DNA from: Candidatus Muiribacteriota bacterium
GTDB lineage: Bacteria; Muiribacteriota; Muiribacteriia; Muiribacteriales; Muiribacteriaceae
Length of the DNA stretch: 26,323 nucleotides
Direction of reading: 5' to 3'
Assembly (NCBI GenBank): GCA_051747805.1
Contig: JBNJGP010000038.1
Coordinates: 1-26,323, forward strand
Positions 1 through 8,600 of this stretch are shown here, one piece after another. Each line of letters opens with the position of its first letter. Within the stretch, counting starts at the first letter, position 1. The translations under genes and the position numbers were made by a program. A model generated the notes under the pieces. The model worked only from the letters and a program-made list of their open reading frames with translations. It made no database searches and was not told the DNA's origin.

Positions 1-110
1 AATTTAAGCTTACAGAGGTCGGCCTGACCACTCGTTTTATTTTATTTCGTAATAAATTTTAACCTCTTGCTCTTATCGTCTCACCTCTTACTTCTCACCT
101 CTCACGGCTC
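1..110. repeat. Left copy (truncated by window edge) of a composite repeat: 66-bp core (1..66) plus heptamer-module array (67..110)
   Basis: Reverse complement of 1..66 matches 26225..26290 at 64/66 positions. The minus strand of 61..110 reads gagccgtga-gaggtga-gaagtaa-gaggtga-gacgata-agagcaa-gaggtt, the same modules as in 26072..26230. Confidence 0.9.
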
Positions 111-1078
111 TAAATAACGCTAAAGCCAATTATATTTAAAACATAGAAGATAATAAAAGCAAAAGAACCAGCTGACAATGGAGTCAAAATCCAACCTGCC
201 ATTATTTGAAAAATTTTAGATAATCTTACTCCCTTTAACCCTTTAACAAGTCCGATACCGATAACAGCCCCAACAATAGCCTGAGATGAGGAAACTGGTA
301 TGCCTACCTGAGTATATATATGAATAATTATAGAGTGACTTACTGTTGCAATTAAAGCGCCAAGAGGGCCAATAACTGCAATTTTTTCCCCAACAGTAAG
401 CATAACTTTCTTACTGTAGGTTAATGCTCCCACTGCTATCGCAACTCCGCCGATAAAAGCAGCTTGTAAGGCTGTCAACATACCAGTTGAAACATAAACC
501 GCTGTTGCATTAGCAACATTGTTTGCCCCAAGGCCATATGCACCGTAACAACCTGCAATAAGTAATGAAATAGTTATAAATCTATCTAGTAAAATTAAAT
601 TTTCAATATATTTTTCAATAAATTTATCAACAACAAAGAAGAAAATAAAGGCTAATATACAGGCCCCAATTGGGGTTCCTACCCATGCTGAAAAAAACTT
701 ACCAAGCTGGGAAAAATTTGCTCCTGTTGATTCAAAGCCTGCAATAGTTTTAAAAACTTCAGTGCCAAGAATTGAACCAACAACTGCCTGTCCTGTGGAA
801 ATAGGTATTCCAAAGTAGGACATAATTAAAACGCATATGGAAGTTGATAATAAAACAATAAATGCCTCATTTTGTCCTGTAATATCACCAAGTTTACCAA
901 GAGATTCCATGCATTTTGTTCCCTCTATTACAGCGCCTGATAAGGCAAATATAGCTATTAGGATTGTAGCTGTTCTGTATTTTATTATTTTTGCGGATAC
1001 TCCTGGACCAAACAGGTTGGCAGCGTCATTGGCTCCTAAACCCCAGCCCATGAAAAATCCTGATAAAATTCGCCACAT
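110..1078 (-). CDS. PiT family (PHO4) inorganic phosphate transporter
   Basis: 322 aa, hydrophobic. N-terminal GLGANDAAN and C-terminal GANNVANA signatures, PISTGQ/PVSSSQ motifs. Lies directly downstream of a DUF47 gene, the usual pairing. Confidence 0.95.
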   Translation of the reverse strand: MWRILSGFFMGWGLGANDAANLFGPGVSAKIIKYRTATILIAIFALSGAVIEGTKCMESLGKLGDITGQNEAFIVLLSTSICVLIMSYFGIPISTGQAVVGSILGTEVFKTIAGFESTGANFSQLGKFFSAWVGTPIGACILAFIFFFVVDKFIEKYIENLILLDRFITISLLIAGCYGAYGLGANNVANATAVYVSTGMLTALQAAFIGGVAIAVGALTYSKKVMLTVGEKIAVIGPLGALIATVSHSIIIHIYTQVGIPVSSSQAIVGAVIGIGLVKGLKGVRLSKIFQIMAGWILTPLSAGSFAFIIFYVLNIIGFSVI

Positions 1079-1100
1079 TTTAAAAAACCTCTTTTATTAT

Positions 1101-1751
1101 TTACACATTAAGATTCATAGCAAGTATATTTATTATATCGGTTATGTTTTCTCCCTCATCAGAGATATTTGTTATATATAATATTAAGTCTCTAATCTGC
1201 AGTTTATGTGCCAAATCAATATCCAACTTGAACAGTCTTTTTAAAAGCCTGTGCTGTAGTCTGTCGATTTTACTCTCGCTCAGCATTACACATTTACAGG
1301 GTTCTTCAATTTTTTTTATATCTTTTTGAAGATACATAATAGCATTACTCATAGGTACAGCAATTGAGGCTGTTTCATCAATTATTTCAAGAAAAAGTTT
1401 TTGCATTTTAGGATTAAAAAAGCTTAAATCCGGTCTTTCTTCAGAAAATTTTCTTCCAACAATAACAGCATAACCAAAAATATGATCAAATTTTGTAACA
1501 AGTTGTGCAAAATCAGTTCTTAAAGTTTGATAAAAAGCACCATCTAGAAGTACCTTTCTAATTTCAAGTTTAATTTTATCTGCCTGATGTTCAAGTAAAT
1601 GCATTTTTTTTGAGCTTTTCAGGAATTTATTGTTATATTCCATATACATATGTACAGTAGTTCGAAATTCCACCATAAGCTCTTCAAGAAGGCTCAAATG
1701 TTGCTGAAACAGATCAAACATATCTTTTTCTTTGCTTTTTCCAAAAATCAT
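1101..1751 (-). CDS. DUF47 (PhoU-like) phosphate transport regulator
   Basis: 216-aa helical protein with LEHQADKIK and ESKIDRL...ISDEGEN repeats typical of DUF47. GGAGG SD before the ATG. Adjacent to PiT. Confidence 0.9.
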   Translation of the reverse strand: MIFGKSKEKDMFDLFQQHLSLLEELMVEFRTTVHMYMEYNNKFLKSSKKMHLLEHQADKIKLEIRKVLLDGAFYQTLRTDFAQLVTKFDHIFGYAVIVGRKFSEERPDLSFFNPKMQKLFLEIIDETASIAVPMSNAIMYLQKDIKKIEEPCKCVMLSESKIDRLQHRLLKRLFKLDIDLAHKLQIRDLILYITNISDEGENITDIINILAMNLNV

Positions 1752-1795
1752 CGATAAACCCTCCGGTTCAGTATTAAAAATCTATTTTTCATTTT

Positions 1796-3049
1796 TTAAA
1801 AATCAATTTTTTTTCTTCTTACTGGCATTGTCATGCAGCGGCATCCCCCGCCACCACGTGCTAATTCGCTTCCTTCAATCGTTACAACACATTTTTTGTA
1901 GTTATCAGGATGTTTTACATCATTAATAATATCTTCTGCCTGAAGAACTTCAAAACCATGATTATTTAATTCATCAATGGTATAAGTATTTCTTCCATAA
2001 CCCATAACTTTGCCTGGAGCAAAAGTGAAAAAATTCGCCCCGCTGTGCCATTGTTCTCTTTCCTGTATCCATAAATCATTGTTTCCGCCGCAAATTACTG
2101 GTTCCATATCCATTCCCAGTTTTTTCAATACACAAGGAATATTTTCTTCAGTTTTAATACTTTTTACTTCGCCATTATCAATAGTTATATGAACAGTCTG
2201 AAATCTATTTGGCTTTAAAATTAGAGGTTCAAATACCATATATTTATCATTATCAAGTAAAGTAAACACCATATCAAGATGTATAAATGATTCCGGTCTT
2301 TCGGGTAATTCCTGAACTATAATATGTTTTTTTTCATTTTTTTTCATAAATTTATCAACAATAAAATCAATTCCTTTTGATGAAGTTCTGGAGCCTATGC
2401 CGCAAAGAATTACATCTGAGCGGGCTATTTGAATATCCCCGCCTTCCATAGTAATACCATCACAGTTACTATTGGCAGGATTTACTGTTTTGGTGTCAAA
2501 GTAGGCAGAAGAGTCAAAAATAGCCTCCATTATAATAGCTTCTCTTTCTCTAACCTTACTTGCCATTTTAGAAATTAATACTTTATCATACATTGTAATA
2601 GCAGAATCTCTGGTGAAAAAATAATTATGAAGTGGTTTTAATGAAAACCTCTCGTTGTTTAAGAATTTCGTTAATGTATTTTTTTCCATAACCACACCTT
2701 CAATAAGCTGAGTGGCAAGTTTTTCTGCAGGTTGTGAAGAAAGCAGACTGGTAATTTCCGTATTTTTTTCATTTTTCAATATTTTTTCTACAAGGTTTTC
2801 CTTTAAAATTGTATTTGATAATATATCAATAAGCAGGTCTTTAATTTCAAATGTACGGCATATTTTTGAAAGAACCCCCTTTAATTGATTATATTCTTTC
2901 AGAGCAACTCTCAAATTTAATACATCACTGTAGAGAGCTCTTTCTGCGTTTTCAGGAGTCATATTTTCAAGTTCTTTACCTGGAGTATGTAGCAGAACTG
3001 CTTCAAGTGGTCCGATTTCCGAAAATACTTCAGTTTTAACTTTATTCAT
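1796..3049 (-). CDS. arcA: Arginine deiminase
   Basis: 417 aa with VFSEIGPLEAVLLHTPGKE start, FTRD, EGGD, HLD and SELARGGGGCRCMTMP motifs, so the Cys-His-Asp catalytic residues are present. Confidence 0.95.
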   Translation of the reverse strand: MNKVKTEVFSEIGPLEAVLLHTPGKELENMTPENAERALYSDVLNLRVALKEYNQLKGVLSKICRTFEIKDLLIDILSNTILKENLVEKILKNEKNTEITSLLSSQPAEKLATQLIEGVVMEKNTLTKFLNNERFSLKPLHNYFFTRDSAITMYDKVLISKMASKVREREAIIMEAIFDSSAYFDTKTVNPANSNCDGITMEGGDIQIARSDVILCGIGSRTSSKGIDFIVDKFMKKNEKKHIIVQELPERPESFIHLDMVFTLLDNDKYMVFEPLILKPNRFQTVHITIDNGEVKSIKTEENIPCVLKKLGMDMEPVICGGNNDLWIQEREQWHSGANFFTFAPGKVMGYGRNTYTIDELNNHGFEVLQAEDIINDVKHPDNYKKCVVTIEGSELARGGGGCRCMTMPVRRKKIDF

Positions 3050-3051
3050 TT

Positions 3052-4167
3052 TTAATTCTCCTTCTCATTAACGAACTTGATTTTTAAATTTTTATAAAGC
3101 ACACGTATAATAAGCATTGTTGGAATTGATAAAAACATACCTAATATACCAGCAATTGTTCCTCCTGTAAACAAAAAAAACATTATTAACACAGGAGATA
3201 AATTCAGTTTAGTTCCAAGTATTTTAGGTGAAAGAAAAAAGGCGTCAAGTGATTGGACTATTGTAACGAGAATTAAAATTTTTAGTAAAATAAAAAGAAA
3301 CTCACTTGTAAATCCAAATTTTAAAAGAGAAAAAAGCAGGGCTATAGCAGTGCTCATAAAAGCACCAAAATAAGGAATCAAGTTGGCCAGTCCAGCAATA
3401 AAACCAAGAAGATGTGGAAAATCTACCTCAATAAGAAAGAACCCAAATCCCAGAAGTGAACCAACAATAAAGCAGATAATAAGCTGTCCTCTGAAGAATT
3501 TTGAAACATCTTTTTCTGTTTCATTAATAATATTTTTAATATTTTCATTTTTATTTCCAGTAAATAATTTTATTTTTTCTGAAATTATTGAAAAATCAAG
3601 CATAAAATAAAATGAGATAATTGGAATTGTAAAAATATATATAAAACTTGATATGACTTTATTTATATTATTTCTTAAAAAATTACCAGTGTAATTAAGA
3701 AAATTCCTGAAATTTCCAAGTAAAAAATCAATTATTGTTCTTTCTGTTATATCAAAAAATTGAAAGAATTTAAAAAAACGACCTGCAAAATAACTTAAAA
3801 CACCTTCAGCACTTTCTGGATCCTGAGCTTCATATGCTTCGATTTTATCAGCAAAGGCATTTGTATATTCTCCAATTTTAGGACCGAGTTCTGCAATTTC
3901 TGCAAGAATTGAAAAAATCACAGGAATTACAATTAAAAATATTAGTAGAATTAAAAAAGACCAGATTAGAATTACAGAGTAAACTCTTTTTATTTTTTTC
4001 TTCTGCAGATATTTTATTGCGGGTTCAAATGTAAAAGCAATAAAATAAGATAAAATAAACATAAATAATATGCCTGAAAGATAAAAAACAGTAAAAATAG
4101 AAAACAAAATAATAAATAAAATAATTGCAAATTTTATGAATTTGTTTTTTACAGCTATTTTCAGCAT
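3052..4167 (-). CDS. AI-2E family transporter (PerM/TqsA-like)
   Basis: 371-aa membrane protein with FFRGQLII, NLIPYFG, LSPKILG...LSP and GILGMFLSIP motifs. Confidence 0.9.
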   Translation of the reverse strand: MLKIAVKNKFIKFAIILFIILFSIFTVFYLSGILFMFILSYFIAFTFEPAIKYLQKKKIKRVYSVILIWSFLILLIFLIVIPVIFSILAEIAELGPKIGEYTNAFADKIEAYEAQDPESAEGVLSYFAGRFFKFFQFFDITERTIIDFLLGNFRNFLNYTGNFLRNNINKVISSFIYIFTIPIISFYFMLDFSIISEKIKLFTGNKNENIKNIINETEKDVSKFFRGQLIICFIVGSLLGFGFFLIEVDFPHLLGFIAGLANLIPYFGAFMSTAIALLFSLLKFGFTSEFLFILLKILILVTIVQSLDAFFLSPKILGTKLNLSPVLIMFFLFTGGTIAGILGMFLSIPTMLIIRVLYKNLKIKFVNEKEN

Positions 4168-4177
4168 AATATTAAAA

Positions 4178-5563
4178 TTATTCCTTTAAACTAACTCCAG
4201 GTGCAAGAGGCAGCGGTTCTGGATAAACTTTTTTAATTTTTGCAGAAAGTTCCCTGAAAGTTTCATCGCTTCCCGGAATATCACCATCATTTTCTACAAT
4301 ATCTAAAGCCTTAGCATGACCGTTTACATCTAAAATTTCTATATTTTCTTTTCCTGAATATTCCAGATGTTTTTTTTCGCCATAAAAAGGTTCACCCTGA
4401 ACCATAACTAAATTAACATGTTCTAAATCTATATGCATTAAATTTTCATATGGATCAGAATTAATTTTTTCAATTAACGTTATGTCAGCTTCTAAACCAG
4501 GTTGAACTGCTCCTATATATTCATCAAAACCAACAATTTCTGCCGCATTTAAGGTTATCATGTCAAAAATATCTTTATATGTAAAATAGTTGTCAAAAAA
4601 TTTCTCATTCATCTCCCATGCAAACTGAAATTCATAAATCAAATTATCACTTCCGGTAATTGACCAGTCTGGCGAAAGGGCTATTTTAACCCCGTGTCTG
4701 TCTGCAACATCAACTCTGGTTGTTGTTTCATAAAGAACATAGTTGCTTTTGGGAGACCAGCTCAATGAAACACCACGATCGGCCATTAACTTAAATTCAT
4801 CTACCCAGAAAGCCATACCATGTACAACAACAAGCCCTTCTCTTACAAGCCCAACTTTATCAAGTTCATAAAGTTCCTGCCTCGAGTCTTCGCAAGTTCC
4901 TTCCCCGAGATGAACAATGTGAAATTTAGTAGAACCTTCCCCGAAATTAGCTAAAATATCATCAGCCCTTTTTAATTCTCTAGGCTGCATAGGATGAACT
5001 GAAGTTTGTATATGATCATCTGTTGCAAGATTATAATGGTCAACATTTCTAATTAAACCAGAAATGGCCCTTCTTTTAAAAGCTCCCTGAATCATGGTTG
5101 TACCGGCTATTAAAGATTTTACTTCAGCGTATTTATCAAGAAGGTGAACGCGACTTCCATTACTTGTGAATTTTCTCCTTGGTTTAGTTAATTCTCGATA
5201 GTCTGAAGTCCTAGCCCATTCATATCTATTGGTGAAAACTTTTTCAGGTCGCCATTTTGGAAGAAAATTATATGAAGGATGATTATGAGTATCAATAAAA
5301 CCAGGATAAATATAATCATCAGTATTAATCAATCTTGTGTTTTCGGCACGCATATGAGTCTGCGGTCCGGTCCATATAATCTCTTTACCCTGAATAACAA
5401 CAGCGGCCTCTTTGATTACTTCATATGAATCAGCAATATCGCCTTTAATAACTAAAAAATCCTCGCCCGTAAAAATTGCAACCTGTACAGTTTCTGAAGG
5501 TACAAGTGACAAAATTAACATCAGTCCCAGAACAACAAAAAATAATATTTTTTTAATATCCAT
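4178..5563 (-). CDS. Metal-dependent amidohydrolase (deaminase-like TIM barrel) with N-terminal signal peptide/anchor
   Basis: YPGFIDTHNH (HxH), HLGEG (HxxE), VVVHG, ALSPD and GAVQPGLEADI motifs. N-terminus MDIKKILFFVVLGLMLILSL is signal-like. Confidence 0.85.
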   Translation of the reverse strand: MDIKKILFFVVLGLMLILSLVPSETVQVAIFTGEDFLVIKGDIADSYEVIKEAAVVIQGKEIIWTGPQTHMRAENTRLINTDDYIYPGFIDTHNHPSYNFLPKWRPEKVFTNRYEWARTSDYRELTKPRRKFTSNGSRVHLLDKYAEVKSLIAGTTMIQGAFKRRAISGLIRNVDHYNLATDDHIQTSVHPMQPRELKRADDILANFGEGSTKFHIVHLGEGTCEDSRQELYELDKVGLVREGLVVVHGMAFWVDEFKLMADRGVSLSWSPKSNYVLYETTTRVDVADRHGVKIALSPDWSITGSDNLIYEFQFAWEMNEKFFDNYFTYKDIFDMITLNAAEIVGFDEYIGAVQPGLEADITLIEKINSDPYENLMHIDLEHVNLVMVQGEPFYGEKKHLEYSGKENIEILDVNGHAKALDIVENDGDIPGSDETFRELSAKIKKVYPEPLPLAPGVSLKE

Positions 5564-5571
5564 AATTTACA

Positions 5572-5580
5572 AATATAACA
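5572..5580 (-). promoter_or_regulatory. Putative extended -10 promoter (TGT-TATATT) 8 nt before the amidohydrolase ATG
   Basis: Minus strand reads tgttatatttgtaaattATG with no SD. It lies immediately after a terminator. Confidence 0.4.
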
Positions 5581-5610
5581 GATAATTTTGATTTTGTATA
5601 TGAAAATAAT

Positions 5611-5643
5611 AAAAAAAAAGGCGGGTTAAAAACCCGCCTTTTT
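5611..5643 (-). terminator. Intrinsic terminator (possibly bidirectional) after the 1845-aa gene
   Basis: aaaaaaaaaGGCGGGTT-aaa-AACCCGCCttttt: GC-rich stem with a T9 tract on the minus strand and T5 on the plus strand. Confidence 0.9.
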
Positions 5644-5662
5644 ATATTTTAAAACTTTATTA

Positions 5663-8600
5663 TTAGTCGCCCAAGTTATGTTGCTGGCGCATTTCATGAA
5701 TTTTTCTTTCAAGAACTCTAACATTAAGAATTCTTACAGGAATTCTGAAAGCAACCTCATTATCAGAATTATCTTTAATTCTAACATATAAGTGTTCATC
5801 AGGAGCATCTTCCCTTGTAGATTCTCTGAATATAAAGTAATCAGAAATCCTGCCACTTTCAGTTCTATCAGAAACTGTATGCCAGTTAATTCTAGGCGTA
5901 TTGCCCGTGTCGTCCTCAGCATTTGTAATATACATAGCTGAGTTAACATTATTATTCAAGTAATTAACCATATCATCATTGTATTCACCCGCAAGTGTAA
6001 GGTTAAGTGATTCTTCATGATCTGACTTAGCCGGATTATTTACATTATCAACTGCTGCAAGTTCGATTCTAATACGCATATCTTCTTCAATAAACAATGT
6101 GTTTATATCGTGTTCGTCTTCAAAATCATAAAGCATAGAGTAAAAATCAGCTGAATCACTTATTCCGCCGGTTAATCCACCACCTGAGGCAAATCCCTCC
6201 CCAAACCATGGTCTAATATTACTTACCATATGTTCTGGAATCTCAGGATATCCGTGTGGAAGCTCGACTATTTCAGGGTCCTGATAAACTTCTGCATCAC
6301 CGCCACCTACAGCAACAAATAAATTACCTCTGTCACTTTCATCAGAAAGGGCAAGCAATCCAGGAATATTTTCATCATATTCAGTTTCATCCCTGAAAGG
6401 ATATCTCATTCTGTCATCATCGCCACTCACACCATCAACATGTTTTTCATTATAAAGGTAGTAGCCAATAGTTATATTTCTTTTTGGATTAGTAATTCGA
6501 AGATATACTTCGGGTGGATCATTATCTTCAACAATAATCTCACCTTCGTCCATACCGTAATAACCAGCTGTTGGAGGACCGCCAGCCTGTTTATAAACCT
6601 CAAACTCGCCCTCATCATCCTCAAATAAGGTGCCAGCATTCTGCCTTGGGTAAATAGTATTTAATTCAAGCTGTGAAATAAATGATTCTATATCAGCAGA
6701 GAGCATACCGGGTTCCCTCATAGTTTTAGGCACACCATAGGTTTGCCTTTCAATATAATCATCTTCCTCTTCAAAATGAACTACATTACTGAACTGTCTT
6801 TGGGCATTTGAATCACCCTGATACTGGAAGGTTGTAGTTGAGTAACCGCCATTTGTTCTAACAGGAATACTGTCTCTGTGATTTTCATAATAGTTTCTTG
6901 AGCCGTCTTCGGCAACAACTAAATATTTGAAACTACCATAATTATCATTGGTTACAGCATCAAAAGGCATAAGCAATTTTAAATCTTCTTCATCAATAGT
7001 TAAAACAACTTCATAAGAAGCGGTTTGTATACCTGGAGCCTCATAAGCTGTTAAAACATCAGTAACTTTAAGATAAGCATTTTCAGGGTCATCATTTAAA
7101 TTAGGTCTTTCCCATTTCCATGCCTGATTATTTGAAGGAACCTGAATTCCCTCTTCAAAAATTTCCTCAAATTCAAACACATCTGCAGGAGTTCTTTCAG
7201 GATCAAGTCTTCTTGGGTAAAGTAAATGAGCTCTAGTTCCAGGAGGGATCATCGCAAAATCAGTATTGTTCGAAGTGCCTTTAAGGTCATTGTATTCAAG
7301 CTCACTTAACCCATCGAATGGGTTGTTATCTGTAATATAGGCACGAATTTCTCTTGGGAATGGATCGCCTGTAGTTCCGCCGTCTAGTATAGGAGTTTCT
7401 ACTCTTACCTGAGGAAGTGTTGTATCTTTAACATAAACATCAACATAGAACTCAGATTTTTCAATTGATTCTTTACAGTCATAACCAATAACCTGACCAT
7501 GTTCATCAGTTAATGGATAGGCAAAGTTACCTTCCTCATCAAAATAATCAATTCTTGTATAGTATAAAGTATAAGTTATTCTATAATGATTAGGAACAAT
7601 TGGTTTATCAAAGTAAGTTTCAAAGTAAGAAGGTCTTCTGCTGCCGTCTTCACCATAAATAAAATCTTCATAACCCTCTTCCTGCACTCTTGAATATTCT
7701 GGCTGATAATGACTACCATTAATATTATGACCGTCAAGAGCAGGGTTATCAATAGCCATATTACCGCGTTTTGAATTATTGTAGTAATTATGACTGAATA
7801 CCTGGTCATCTACTATAGTTTCAACCTCCCACTCATAATGCATCGCAGTTCCACCAGAGCTTTCAAAGGCTATACCGCTGAATTTATCGGCTAAATCAAG
7901 ATTTTCCTCAGTATGGGCAGTATATGGATCATCTTCCATAATCTGATCTCTGATTTCCTGCTGACCTTCTCTGTTTGGAACAAACAGAATATCATCATTA
8001 TCACTTACAATGTTTCCAAATCTATCTTTTTGAATAATTTTTGCTGTCCATTTATGCTCAAAATCCTCGTTTATTTCAACAACAGCACTGTCTGGAATTC
8101 CGTTTCCGTCATGGTCAAAGTACTGCCAGTTTGACATCATTTTATCTTCATCGTAATCAGGTGCGTCTGTAGTTTCGCCATCAATAACAACTTCTAATAA
8201 ATTAGGTCTGTCCTCAGGTTCAAAAGCTCTTACAATAACTCTGGTTATATCTGGTTTCATAGGTGGAGCTTCTGCAATATAATCAGGCTCATCCCACCAG
8301 AATCGTAAATTACCGCCTTGAGCCTGGTCTCTCATAGCTTCCCAGTCAATATATCTATAACCGGATGCAAGCATTATTTCATAAACACCGCCATCATCAA
8401 ATCTGTATCCTTCTGGCTGAAATCTGAAGCCTTCTGAAGTTTTTGCCTGATTAAGCATTGATTCATCAGGAACAAAGTCCATTCCAGTCTGCTGCATAAT
8501 TTGTTTTGCATATTGATTATCGGTATAATCTCTTGCACCATGATTAATGATAGTCCATGGGGTTTCTGCGTTAACAAGCTCTTCGCCTTCAGGTTGATTA

